From NCBI GenBank assembly GCA_013265495.1, contig MU059972.1:1307525-1371524 (forward strand): a stretch of 64,000 nt of DNA, read 5' to 3'. This stretch comes from Vicugna vicugna (taxonomy: Eukaryota). The notes below the pieces were generated by a model. That model was not told the origin of the DNA and ran no database searches. It worked only from the letters and a program-made list of their open reading frames with translations. The position numbers and the translations under genes are program-made. This document shows, piece after piece, positions 50,721 to 63,950 of this stretch. The number at the start of each line of letters is the position of its first letter. Positions within the stretch are counted from its first letter, which is position 1.

Positions 50721-53459
50721 CTCCTCGGGGTGACGCCTCTCACTCCGCCCTTGGAGGCCAACCGCTCCAGCACCTCCTGTCCTCCCACCCTTCCTCCGAT
50801 GACTCTGCACCTTCGCGGAATCTAGTCGGCATCTCTGCAGGTCTATTTCCAAACCCACCGTGCAGCTCGGTGAGGGGATCAGTCTGAACCCCAACCAGCG
50901 CCAGAGCCTGCCTCCAGTGCTACAGGGGACTGAACTGCCCCCCAGCACTGGGCGATGGCACGTCCTCCCCCCACTCCTGGGATCAAAAAGACGCTCATAC
51001 GCCGAGACCCGTGCGTTAACCACCACCCTGTGTCAGTAAGAACAGCCCATTTGTGGCCAATCCAACATGTACTGTGCACCTGCTCTGATTACTAAAGAAA
51101 AGGGCGCCCTGACCAGGAGCAAAGGAGGTCGTGTTGAAAATGAAGACGCGACACCCCTTCCCGGGACGCCAGTGCCGGGGCTCCTCCCACGAGGAGGCGC
51201 CCTTCACGGCGCCAGGGCCGCCCTGACTCTCAGTGAACGTTCTCTGCTTTTTCTGAAATCTTGAGGAGATACATCCCTGACTTGCTGGGTGTTCTTTATT
51301 CTGACAAGACATAAATCTGTGCAGAAAACCCTGCTTCTGCAAAGCAGCTCCTCAGAGTGACCTGAGAGGTGTCTCCCGGGCTGTCGTCCTCAGTGTGGCT
51401 CAGATAAAACTCTCTTTCTATCCCGGTCACGGACTGTTTATTGATTATTTCTGCCAGCACCCGTGTGAGGCAGTCACGTCATGTGTGACGTCTGTTCACA
51501 CAGTGTCGCCCAACGGTGCTTCCCGTGCTGGGGCAGGAGCCCTAGCAGAACACGGGGAAACACCCGAAAACGCTGCTGCCTCCCGTCCACCTGCAGGCGG
51601 CCCCACTACATTGTATCCTGAGACTGGCCTGCAGTTCAGAATAATTACTCACCTGGTTTGGTTTGGGAAATCTGATGCTATATTGATTTTCTAATTTTTA
51701 TGAGAACCTCTATTGACAAAAACAAGCTAGCAAGAATCTCAAGTCATTCTGTTTTCTTTTTATGAGAAAATGCCACTGATACTTGCTCCCAAGGTACATG
51801 TCCTCCCACCAGCTTCCAGTTGCTCTCCTGCATGACACACAAGAACGTGGGTCATGATAAAACAAGAAACTGTGTTCAGTGTAATGTGCTTTAAAAAACA
51901 GACTTGTTTGCCAGTCTTGGGGTTTCAACAAGAGCAAAAAAAAAAGTACGCAGGATACAGGGTAGCAATCCTCAGGGAAACAATAAAACCACGTGCCCTG
52001 AAGTCCTCACACCTGAGAGGGGCCAGACTGGGGTCCACCATGACCCCCTTCCCCCTTTCATAGGTGGTCCTGTTCTGGGAGCCGCCACACTGCCAGGCTA
52101 TATTTCCCCGTCCCCCTCCGTGGAAAGGTAGCCAGAGTTCACAGACACTGGGGACCTCATGGAGTAGCACAGCATGGACGGGAGGCTCAGGGCCTCACGG
52201 CCACATGGGGAGAGTGTGTGGGGACCAGAAACGCCACAGGACACCACAAATGCGAGCGAGAGGCAAACTATGGCCTTGGGGGTCCTCCGCTGCAGCAGCT
52301 CAGGTGACCCGACCAACACGCCCAGCGTCTGAACAGTTGCTAACGCTTGTTTTAAAGGGTTTATTTCTAATGCTTGCAGGTTAAAGAGCCAAAGGTCACA
52401 AAAACCAGGATCCAAAACAACACTCATAGGGATGAGACTAAATTAGCATCAGAATTTCTTTCCAATAACTAGCGAGACGAGCAAAATACAGTGTAAAATC
52501 AGCTCCCAACTGCCCCCAAACAACCAATGCACCAGAAAAATGGGGTGCCCCACTGCGACAAACCTCAAACACTAGCTGCTTGGCGCGGACAGGGTGCGGA
52601 AGGCACGGGTTCCCAACTGCCCCCCCCACACCCTCTGGCCCCATCACCCCCACCCGACCCCCTACCGAAGCCAGTGGGATACAGGACGGACTCCGAGGGG
52701 GAAGCCAGAGAGGAGCAGCGTGTTCCTCCTCCCCCTCCTCCCAGGAGCGAGGAACGCAACCCAGGACAACGGGCGGACGCACAGCCGCAGCAGAGGGACC
52801 CCAGGGCAGCAAGACCCCAGCGCCGCACCTCCGCTCCGGCAGCCGCTCCCAGCAAAGGCAGAGGTGGTGCCTCGAGGACCGTGCAGACCAGAAAGGCCAT
52901 AAGTGCTCCAACCAAACCAAACCCCGCGGGGGACGGGCCGGGGGGCACAGGCGCCCCCGGGGAGCGCTCCCGGCACCAGCCCCGGCCAGCGAGCTGCACA
53001 CAGCACGGGGCTCAACCCAAAGCCCAGCACAGACACGAGCCCAGCTCGCGCAGGGGCCTGGGCTACAGGCGGGGACGGAGCGGCGGGAGCCCCAGGGACT
53101 GTGGCTGGCGGGCTCCCTGGCCCCGCGAGCACACCCGGCCCGCACGCCCACAAGCCCAGGACAGCTGCACCCGTGGTCGGCCCCCCACGCCCACCACGAG
53201 AGACGAACCGGGCCGACCCCAGCCGGGGGCTCCCAGCAAACACCTACGCCGCGCTCCTCAGAAAGACCTAGGAAAGGGGGTCTGGGAAAATGCCCAGGCC
53301 AGAGGAGACTCGGCCAGAGCATCCTGTGGACTCACTGACACCTGAGAGGGGACACGATGCTGAAAAACCCCAGACTCGATGACAAGGACTCTCCTGAGGT
53401 TGACATCCAACACCACCAACCTGAAAACGACATTTACTAAAGCCCCGCGTCCGTGACAG

Positions 53460-54460
53460 AGGCCGAGTTCACGGTGGAAGCCCAGGCCCAGCCGGCCATG
53501 CCAGCGGCCCTACCAGGCGCGGAGGGAAGAGACTTCACCAGGCACGGAGGGGAGAGGTGGAACTGGCCCCGCAGAGACGCTCGCAGACGCACAGAGAGGG
53601 CGGCCCCCCGGCTCACTCTGAGGCTGTCACCCCAACAACAAAGCAGACGTGTCAAAAAAGAGAGCTACAGACACACGCGGCCCGTGAACAGAGACGCGGA
53701 ACCCTGGACCAGGTGCGCGCAAAACCTGCGCAGAGACACACAAAAGGGGACCCCCCCGTGACCAAGCCAGGCTGCGGCAGCAGAGACGCAAGGCCGCCTT
53801 CCTGGCCGGGATCAGTCAGCGTGACTCACCGCAGCAACAGCACCAACAGGAGGAGGGCCAAGCCATCATCCCAAGGACACCCGTCACAGCACGTACAAGC
53901 TCAGCGCCTGCTCAGCATGGACGCTCTGACGAGGCAAGGGATCAAGGGGAGCCTCCTCTCCTGACAAAGAGCAGCCGTGAAGACCGCCCAGCTCACCTCA
54001 CACCTAGCGGCGGGACACTCGAGGCTGCCACTCAGGTGAGAGACAAGGCAGAGGTGTTTTCTGAAGCGGACACTGAAGCGGCGGCCCTGCCCGGAGCAGC
54101 AGAGTAAGCAAAGGTGCAGAAATCCGACAGGAAGCAGAGCTTTTAAAACTCCCTAGAGAAAAGGCCTAAAACAAGTGGGTTTAGAAACAAGGCAGCACAA
54201 AGGTCGGCAGAGAAAACCCACTGCCTCTCTGCACGCCCCACCAGGCAGCCGTAAACCGGCACTCGGAGCACATCGCCACTCACGGCAGCGCCGAGTGTGC
54301 CGCGCCTGGAGACAAGCCTCGGAAAACTCGTGTACGAGCTTCACGGTGGGGACCACAAGGCACGCTGAGAGGGGCGCCACGCCGTGGAGCAGAGGCTCGG
54401 TGCTGGGAGCACAGGCGTCCTCTCCGAGTCACCTTCAGACCCAGCGCAATCCCAGTCCTG
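53460..54460 (+). mobile_element. L1 ORF2 reverse-transcriptase-region relic, heavily GC-shifted (may extend left to about 52700)
   Basis: gaagcccaggcccag, aaaagagagctacagac...cccgtgaacagagacgcgga, ccgtgaccaagccaggc...gacgcaagg, atcagtcagcgtgactcaccgc and cagacccagcgcaatcccagtc are colinear with L1 ORF2 landmarks. Confidence 0.75.
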
Positions 54461-57400
54461 AGGAGTGAGCGGGCCTGAAGCCAGGAGGGGCAGGGTCTAT
54501 CAAAGCTGATGACATCTGCCTCGGTTATCAGACGGCGTCTCTGAGCCATCAGGCGTACCGTCCCCGAAGCTGTGCGTATGCACGCGAACGGCATGTCTTC
54601 TCTGGTCAGCAGCCCTGACATGCACAGGGTGTCATCACTAGGTCACCAGAAGTGGAGAGCTGTGCCAGGCCATATAGACCAGTCAGGAAAGGAAACCGTG
54701 TGTACACAAAACTAAATGCAAACACCAAAACTCAAAAGTTGGTAAGGAAAGTCGGAAACCAGTTCGTCACGGCTAAGACCAAACAACCTCTTCACAATTC
54801 AAACAGCCCGATCTTGAGTTTGTCATTGTCTGAAGCCCATGAAACACTGCACTTCTGACTGGGGACTGAACACTGGGTACCCGGCCACGACCGTGGTTCA
54901 GGGCTGCCAGAGAAGAGACGCCCCAAAGGAGGCCTCTCGACCCAGGAGCCAGGAGGGCTCAAAAAACCAGATCAGCCTTTCCACAAACATCCATCAACCT
55001 TTTTGAAAAAAAAAAGATCCTCTGGGAAATAAAACTGAGGATCAGCAATCAGCCTATTATGGGGAATTTAAATAATTTCTTGATCAAATAGCTCGATTCT
55101 CTGTGGGCGCGTAATCGGTTTAGAGAAAAACAAAGATGAAGATGTTCCCCCCCCATACATCTTACATGACACACCTCTCTGCAAGAAAAACTGCAAAAGA
55201 ACCTGAATCACTTCTGTTTTTCATTTCGAGTATTATCAAGAAGCCTCTGAGTCATTACAATTGTTTTAAAATTGTAGAAACACATTAAAGCTTTAAAAGA
55301 AATTTTTAAGCTTTTAAAAATAAAAATCGCTTACATGTCAATTACATCTCAATAAAAATAAAGCATATGTACACTGAAAAATGAAGAGAATAAAAATCGA
55401 TTGCTTTTAAAACTAAGAAACACAAGCATTCTTTGAGTTCATCAGCTATGTTCAGTTAATGAAAACAAACCCCGAACAGCTGGCTCTGCGTCACCGTGTG
55501 ACACCAAACAGCTGGGCTCCGTGCGGGCCCGCCGGGCAGGGGCAGGGGGCACCCCTCCCGATCTCCGCCTGCACACGGGCCCTCCCGCTGGCTGTCCAAC
55601 GGGCATCGCAGGGCTCAGTTCTGTCCTGCCTCCTGCATGTTCCTCAAATGACTGTGTCTGGCCTCAAAGAAGTGCAGAAAAGGGGGTTTTACTTCACACC
55701 CAATCCCTTCAGTGCACGCAAAACAACGCAGGCCGCTCCTGAAATGCTCGCAGCCGGCACTTAACAGCTGAGCCACCCTATGGGCGTCTGCAGCTCAGCA
55801 AGGGAAGCTTCCGCACCCACCACCTCCAGTGTCAAGGTGAAACAGCTCTGGAGTTGAAACCTCACGTCACTACACTCGGAATCACAGCGAAGCAAAACCC
55901 AAATTCACGGCGCCGGCGTGCTCGCAAGGGAGAAAGCACCCAGCTAGTAGAAGCCAAGTCCTCTTTCCTGCTCCCGAAGGAGCACACCACTGTCGGATGA
56001 AAGCCCATCCAGGTAACCGCACAAACACGGCGCCAGAGAAAAAGGTTTTCTTTCTTTCTCTTCTTTTTTCTTGAATTTATTTAAAGAATTTCATTCAGGT
56101 GCAGAATCTGGAAATCTGGATCCAAAATGCCAGCTGAGGCTGGCAGCAGCCCACTGTCTTCTGTGCTCCAGGGATTCAAGAGAACAAGTAACTAACCGAG
56201 AGCTGAGAGCAGAGTCTAGTCCGGCCAGTTTTAATCAGAAATAACCAGCAGGTGAGTGGATTCCGGCGCGCCGAGAGGGGCGCAGCTGTGCGTCCCACAG
56301 CTGCAGAGCTGGCTCCGGGCCAGCTGCGGCCTCTGCAAGTGGAAGGCGAGTGGTGCTTCACGGACGACTTCTCATCCACCATCAAGGGTCTTCCTTACAG
56401 CCGAAAAGCCCTTCGGGGTCGCCCCCATTTACACCGTGAGAACACACTCACACTTGCAACTCTCAGCAAACACCGAACGGGGCCAAGGAATCATAAGCTG
56501 CGTTTAAGGCATGGGATTTGGATGTAAGGTAATCCAGGATCTACACACTTCTAGTTTCTATTTCAAATGTCTGAGGCCCAAAGCAAAGAACTTGTAGAAG
56601 CACCTTCTACTCAGAATGTTAACCGATTTTCAGTTGTTTCTGGAGACTTTCTTTTCCGGGTTCCACACAAGACACACAATTCTCACTGACTTCAGTGTTT
56701 ACAAAGTAGTCGTTTTCTGACTTAAATACACAATGTTTTCACTGATACACTAGGATTAAACTCTTATCCTTTACTTCTCCCCAAATTTTCTTGTTAACAG
56801 CTCTCAATTGTTGGTAATTTCTGTTCTCATTTTCAGAAGTTGTGTGGCGGGAAATGCCAGGTTTAGCATCTTTAAAAAAATCACTCATACCCAGCCTGTT
56901 TAAAACCATACCTATGAGAAAAGGGAGGAACGCCCGTCCCTTCTATTAATCCCACGGTAACTCACGTAAGTAACAGTTTTCTTAGCAGTGCTAGGAATCG
57001 GTGTGCCGATAAACAGTAAGCGTGTTCTGTAAGGGGCTGATTTTACATCACAATGTGGATCTTTAAAATCAGAAAACCTAACGGACTTAGATGAACCGGA
57101 TTACAGTCTGAGTCCGTATTGGCACACCTGTCTCCTATTTTACCACCTATCAGTGCACAGGGAGGACACCACGCAGGCCGATCTGTCCTTGCAGACAGCA
57201 TCTCCCTGGCGGGGGTGCGGCCTGACCGGGGAAGTTGCTCACGTGTCCCCCGTGGGCCCACGGTCACTGGAGAGGGATGGGCGCCCTGCAGCTGGAAATG
57301 CCTTCACCCAAGCGAGCAGCCCCCTCACCAGACAAGTGACCCCAAAGGGATGTGGCCCACAAGTCAGGACGTGGCCCCCAGAAGGCACAGCGTGGGCCAC

Positions 57401-59440
57401 GGGCGGGTCCGTGCTCGGCCTGTAGGAGCCAGGGCTGCAGGCCCAGCAAACCTGCCCCTTCTGGTCCTTTTATAAAGATGGGGAGACAAACCTGAGATTC
57501 AGCACAACTGTGCAACTTGGCCCCGTCACCCGCCGGCGTCAAACAGGGCGGCCTGTGCGCGGAGGCCTGGCCTCCTCCCGGGACCCGACCCGCAGGGAGC
57601 CCGGCACCAGCGCCCCGCGGCCCGGGCGCAGCCGCAGCGGCACCTCCAGCCCCGCAGACGCGTCCTCGTGCCTGAGCTGACGGGTGCAGCACGGATCACC
57701 GGCGGCGGGGCCCCAGCGGAGCCCATCCCCAGCTCCTGAAATCACCTCCTCCGAACTCAGGTGACGGACAGAGGCCACACCAGCAGGAGGGCCACCTCGC
57801 TCAGGGCGGGAGGCCTGTCCTTCACTCTCGTCTCACCTCAGAACAGCAGCTCGCAGGCCGCTGCCCCGGCGACACACCTGGCTACACCTATGAGCCACCG
57901 GTTTTACAGACAGAGGCCGAGGTGGCTGAGAGCCTTCAAGGCATGGGACAGCCTCCCCACCAGCAAATCTTCCTGCAGGTTTCCAATGTCACAGACGTTC
58001 ATGCGAGTGAAAAACATGCTTCTGACTCTCTGAGCCCAGAATCTTACCCCAGTCCACACTCACATACAAAATACTTTCAGAAAGTTTTAATATAACATGA
58101 ATTTTCCAGGAATTCAACTGTTTGAGTCTAGAAAAAATTATACTTTGCTTTATCGGAAACATCACTGAGAATTGCTCCTTTTGTAATATTCTATCACCAA
58201 CTGGTACCTGAGTCCCCAGGTGACAGCCCTCCCGGTCTGACACGGGAGGTCTGGCCCATTCACTGCCTCCCCACGTAGTTCACCCAAACATTTACGTGTC
58301 AGAATGCATATTATTTTATTTCATGCATTTTATTCTATCCGTTTATTTCTCCTTACGTTACAGTTAAGGCATTACATTAAATTTTTATGTATGAAGTATA
58401 CTCTCTAAACATTACATTTCAAGACAAGAGTGCATTACAAAAAACTTATTCTTTAAAAAAGGCATTGGTGCTGCTAGGCCTGAGCCTCCTGACAGGCTCC
58501 ACAAATGTTCACCAGGAGAAACACGGCTGACCTGTCAGGACACGGACTAAACACAGGGAGAAGCACCACGGACCACCGGCCTTCCCTCTGGGGACAGAGG
58601 CCCCGGGGCCCCCCACCCGGCTACAGAGCAGGGGCCACGCGGTGTCTCAAACACACCAGGACATATCTGAGAGTTAAAGGAGGTGTCACCCACGGCTGTC
58701 CCAGACAGACCAGGACAGGCGGCCACTGCGACACTGAGGCATGTCCGCAAGGCCCTAATGCTGCCCTGTCCCTGGAGCACTTGGCAGACGTGGGAGCAGG
58801 CTGGCTGCTGGCCTCCGGCCCCTTGGCTCCCACTCCTGAGCCCCACCGCCCTTGCCCCACACAGACGCTGGGCAGGCGGCAGCGGGCGGCCCAGAGACCC
58901 CACAGAAGACCCTCGGTAACAGCGCCCCAAGCTCCCATCAAGTGCAAGGACAAATGCTGCCACCGCCACAAACAACACGTCTTCGTAGCCTGTGTGGGAA
59001 AGAATGGGAAGGCCAACAGGGCCGACGGGGTCTGCCCCGGGAGGGGCACCTGACCGCGCCCTGGACGAGGACATGCACTCAGGTGGAAGACCAGCCAGCC
59101 CCATCGGACACACACTCCATGGAGCTGCAGCACAAGCAGAAACTGAGCTCCAGCACAACTCGCCCCGGCTCGGCTCCACACGGGGAGAACAGCACAACAG
59201 AACGTGCGGACACGGGTGGGGAGTGTGACGTGCTCAGGAGATTTGTAAACGCCACCTATGAAGAAAAAGTATCTCAAGACCAGCCAGACGGACAAAAGGA
59301 GAGAAGAGACAGATGCACGGCTTCAAAGCCCCGGTGGGATGGTCCCAAAGGACGGACGCACAGAGAAGACGCGAGGACCCCACGCCACCCAGCAGACTTC
59401 CCTGAGAGGGTGGCGTAGCGAGCCCAGCGCCCGCTCTTAC

Positions 59441-59640
59441 CATCGCACTTTGTTGCACGTCTGGGTGGCGCCGAGCGGCGAGCCCGCCACCATGGGCACC
59501 TGGATGGGGCTGTGCTGCTTGCTGGTGACCAGGTCCAGCTTCTCCTCCAGTGACTTACAAGTGGCCTCGAGCGCGTGCAGCTTGGCCTCGATGTTGTCCA
59601 GTCGCAAGCAGATGGTCTGGTTGATGGAGTACAGGAATGA
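59441..59640 (-). CDS. BANP: BANP coding exon 3 (200 nt; coiled-coil region)
   Basis: SFLYSINQTICLRLDNIEAKLHALEATCKSLEEKLDLVTSKQHSPIQVPMVAGSPLGATQTCNKVR(C); acceptor tttcttctcttcactgccag, donor TG|gtaaga. Confidence 0.97.
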
Positions 59641-60033
59641 CTGGCAGTGAAGAGAAGAAAAGCTTCAGAAAGGAGTCGTGACCACTAGGAGACAGTTCCA
59701 AGGGCCAGCCGCTCCTGTCCCAGCTGCACAGCCCTGCACGGCGGCCCCTCAGGTGCAAGCCAGGAACACGCCAGGGAACAAGCTCAGCCTCCGCATGTAA
59801 AACGCGACTGCTCACTCGTGCTTCTTCTCCATGTGGCTGCGGTTCTAAGTCACACTGAAGTCCACGGACACAAAACTTAGGTGGTCTTCAGGATATGATT
59901 CTATTAATCAGTAAACTTACACATACACCTGGGCAAGGCTTCCTAACTACGAAAACAGTTTCCACCTAACACCAAAAGGGCCCGGAAACCTGCCCGCATG
60001 TGTTGGCGAGGGTCCTGTGCGTGGGAACAGCAC

Positions 60034-60052
60034 GCCTGCCACCTAGTGGCCA
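60034..60052 (-). promoter_or_regulatory. CTCF motif
   Basis: Minus strand TGGCCACTAGGTGGCAGGC, close to the CTCF core TGGCCACCAGGGGGCGC. Confidence 0.6.
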
Positions 60053-60189
60053 TGGAGAGAGCAGCCTCGCCAGCCCCCGCCCATCACAGGGACACCCGTG
60101 GCTGCAAACCCGAGGACCAGGCCACACACCCGATGCGCCTCCCACTGCTGCCAGCTTGGCCGTGAGTCTACAGGAACACAGAGGGAGCA

Positions 60190-60475
60190 CATTCTAGGTT
60201 AGGGTGGCCCTAAATCCAGTAAGACTGTCCTCGTGAGAGACAGAAGAGGAGACACAGGCACAGAGGAGAGCCCACGTGCAGACAGAGGCAGAGACCTAAG
60301 TGATGCAGCCACAGGCCCAGGACGCCTGGACCCCCGGGAGCGGGAGGAGGCGGGAAGGACCCTCCCGCAGGGCCCCTGGAGGGGACACAGTGGCCCTGCG
60401 ACATCCTGATCTCAGACGTCTGGTGCCGGGACTGGGAGAGCAGCCCTCCTGCTGTGAGCCCCGAAGCGCTGACCT
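60190..60475 (+). mobile_element. MLT1 (MLT1B/C-like) ERVL-MaLR LTR
   Basis: agggtggccctaaatcca...gaggcagagacctaagtgatgcagccacaggcccaggacgcctgg...tggccctgcgacatcctgatctcagacgtctgg. Confidence 0.85.
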
Positions 60476-60526
60476 GCCCCGGCGCCCCGAGGAGACACGG
60501 GTAAGGACACCCCCCCACACCCGTAC

Positions 60527-60618
60527 CTTTATGGACGGGTCCTGGCAGCTGATCTCTAGTCGCTGGCGTTTCAAAGCTGGCTCATCGTCGTCTGTCACAA
60601 CATGATTCTCCAGCACAA
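60527..60618 (-). CDS. BANP: BANP coding exon 2 (92 nt)
   Basis: (V)VLENHVVTDDDEPALKRQRLEISCQDPSIK; acceptor ctttgacttcag, donor AAG|gtacgg. Confidence 0.97.
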
Positions 60619-61549
60619 CTGAAGTCAAAGGCAGAGACAGAAAACTCGTTATGCAAGGTTTTACAGAGCTGTTTAATATTAGGAGAGCAAACGGTTCCGA
60701 CACCTTACAGTTAAATGAGAAATGGTGCAACCTGCCTCGTTCTTCACTTTTTACAGTTTTGACTTAAAAATTCTTAGTTTGGCAGAAAATAGGGTCTCTC
60801 CTTAACCTCAAGAAAACTGAAATAGTGGATAAACTATTTCCTCAACGCACCACAGAGCCGACCCGAACATGAGGCCTCAGGCCGCTCCCTCAGGGCTCAG
60901 TCAGCCGCCCTTTCCAACAGGACCCACCATGGTGGTGATTTCCTCCCGACTCTGGAACAAGTCTCGTCACTGGCCACCTCATTCCACTGTCTGCATGTTC
61001 CATGTTGTTACAAGTTGGTCACCACACTAGTCTCAAACCGAACATGCCAGGTGACACAGAGCCATCCCTCCTCACAGCGTGGCTGGAGTCAGCAGCTCCC
61101 CAGGGCACCTTCCAAGGGGTCTTCGTGGCTCCCGCCCCGGGTAAGCACTCAGCCTGCATTCAAGGCCTGCCCCAGCAAGTACAAGATGACTCGTCTCAAA
61201 ACCCTAAAGTAAAGAAACAGAACCTGTCCAGGGCCCTGGGTGAGCGCAGTGAGCTGACCTCCTGGAGGTAAGTTAGCATCCGAACCAGCCACGGGCCAAC
61301 GATGACAAAGAAGCCTTGCGCTTACCAGAGGGCTTGCATCATGCACCGTGTATCCACTTCCATACAATGTGTGGGCACAGATCCTCATTTAATCAAGTCA
61401 AAAAAAGGAAAACCCATGCCTACAAATGGTTAACAAAACATAGGTTCTCAAAAGCTTCGTCAAACCATTTACTCCCACTGGAAGCTGGTCGTTCTAACAG
61501 GACGGGGAGGATAAACAGACTCAGACAACCATTAGTCTAATCCTAAAAT

Positions 61550-61605
61550 CAGCTGAAATCAAGTCCAGAGAGGTCAAGTGACTTGACCAGGGTCACACAG
61601 CAGAC
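61550..61605 (-). mobile_element. MIR fragment, antisense
   Basis: ccagagaggtcaagtgacttgaccagggtcacacagc. Confidence 0.6.
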
Positions 61606-62019
61606 TTCCTGTGACAACAGGGAAGATGACTCCACGCCGTGGCAGCGTGAAGAACCGCCAGGAGACGAGCAAAGGGCAGCGAAGCAGCTGAGGAAACGGA
61701 CCGCGCCATGGCTGTGCCCGGCGCCAACGGCAGGGCCACATAGCTGGGTTCCGGCAGCAACTTCCTACGCCCTGTGGGCTGCCAGCTTATTTTCTTCTTT
61801 GTCCTTTGCTACGCTGCTCTTTGTAATTTTTGTGCATGACTTTTAAAACCAGACAAAAGATGTTCATTTTAAAGCCACCACAATCATCAGAAACGATGGC
61901 CCGATCACAGTTACAATCGCACATGTGTGCAGATGGGGAGACTGCAGCCTGGGGGGAGTGCGAGCAAAGTCGCAAGAACCCAGGCATTCTGGTTTTAGGT
62001 GGAAATCGGAAAAAACTGG

Positions 62020-62130
62020 AAGGATGTACGTGCCAACAATTTAAAGGTGGTTCTGTTGCTCAGATTATGGGAAATTTTTATTTCTTCTACTTGCTTGACT
62101 ACACTTTAAATTTTACAAAGTTCACACTTC
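62020..62130 (+). mobile_element. Old L1 (L1ME-like) 3' fragment
   Basis: gattatgggaaatttttatttcttctacttgcttg...aaattttac. Confidence 0.4.
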
Positions 62131-63950
62131 AGGGAGGAGGGAAAAACAGTCTCAATCTTAAACCCACTCTGGACACAGACGTAGGGAAGGCAGGCGGTGC
62201 CTGCTGCTGTGCGGCCGTCACCAGGGCCAGGGGCTACAGGCCTTCTGACTGCGAAGGCCTCGGGAGCCCGGCGCACAGCGGGTTTCCATGGATCCGTCAG
62301 TACGCTGTCGCTCCCAGCTGTTCACAGACCAGAGGGGGAACAAACCAGGTTCAGAAATGTCTTCTTTAATCCTCCTTTGAACTGTAACTTACAGAAAGAG
62401 GGTTTATTTGGGAAGAAAACTGTCAAAATTTTAATAGTTCTAAAAATGTGTAAGATTTATATAACTGGAACATTTTTCTCTTACAACAGTGTGTGACTTC
62501 TAAAGAAACTGACATCCCCCCACCAAAATACGAACAGAGGTTTGTAAAGCAGGGACGCATGCTGGCAGCGCTGTGGCCTTGGACTTCCGGCTCCCTGGTG
62601 TCTGAGGTGCGGTGCTGACTGAGGTCAAGGCGTCAAGTCGCCGCTCTGAACAAACCGGTTCACTTTTACAGAGAACCCGGGGTGCTGAACAGCCACAGCC
62701 ACAGCCGGACGCCCTGACTTTGCTCAAGGGTCTGGCAGGCTCTTGATCCTGCAGTTATCAGGTGACAGTGCTGCTCATAAACAAATCAAAGCGAAATAAG
62801 GAGGAAAACTGCCTGCAGAGCAGCGCTGGGAAAGGCGCCCGCAGCTCCGGGGCTGCTGGGCCGTCCCGGGGCCACGGCGCTGCCTCCTCACCCCGCACAC
62901 CACAGCGGACTCCACGGTGAAGCCTTCCAGTAAGCACGTCAAACACGTCAAACACGTCACACAAGACAGATGTGACTTCTTATGAGATTTCTGAAAATTC
63001 TCTTTTCTTTGTTGGAAAAAAACATCAGCATTTTAATTCTACTATTCCAGAAAGAATAGCCAGGCAACCAAAACGCTCTGTGCCTTAGTTGTGGTCACCT
63101 GTCACTTCCAACTTAACAGACATACAAAACACGTAAAGCTTTATGGGGAGAAGGAGGAGAACTCTCATTAGGAAATCTTTTTATAAAATAAAAGTGTTGA
63201 CAAAGTTGTTTCATAGATGATGTTCCTGAAGTTCATGGGTCCCTCACAAAGCATCATCTTGAATATTTAGCTGAGGTTCCCAAGCAGATGTGAGCCTTAA
63301 TGTCATTAAGGAAAATTCCCAGCCTCAGCAAGAGTGTAGGAAAAGCCACCTCACAGAATACACAAACAGAGCGTTTCTGGGACATCGGTCAGTGTCTTAT
63401 CAGAACTCTCAACATGCTCAGCCGTCCTGCTTCTGGGAACTCACCCGACAAATATTTCCCATGACACACGGGCAAGGGGCTTCACTGCAGGGTGTACGTG
63501 AAAGAAATACAGTGTGAACAACGTGACTGGTGTCGGCAGGGAAGGGGGGCAAGGGAACACCTGGGAATGAAGACCCCACAGGTGTCCAGACACAGAGCAG
63601 CCCACACACAAGAGCCCAAGGCTCCCCGACGCGCCGGCAGCGGGCGGGAGTGGGGCACCGGAGAAGGCAGCCGGGGGGCCCCTGTGTGCTGTCGCGGGCC
63701 CAGGTGGGCAGGCGCAGGGAGCGGGGGCTGGAAGGCACGCGGGGAGGAGGGGCAGACAGGGTGCGGGAGGCGACCACCGGGCTGGGCGTGGGGCCGGCAG
63801 TGAGCACACCCTCTCTGACTGGGATTTTTCACATGGAACACACGACGCTTTTTCTCTTGCTTTACTGAAGGGAAAGACAGCTTCCAGACGCTCTTCTGGA
63901 CTGTCCCGGAAAGGGAGAGTGCTGGCTCCCTGGCGCCCACAGCTGCCTAC

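Noticed and set aside
52438-53345. Several overlapping 190-294 aa ORFs on both strands
   Set aside because: Simultaneously open in many frames because stop codons are depleted in extremely GC-rich sequence, probably a GC-shifted L1 relic
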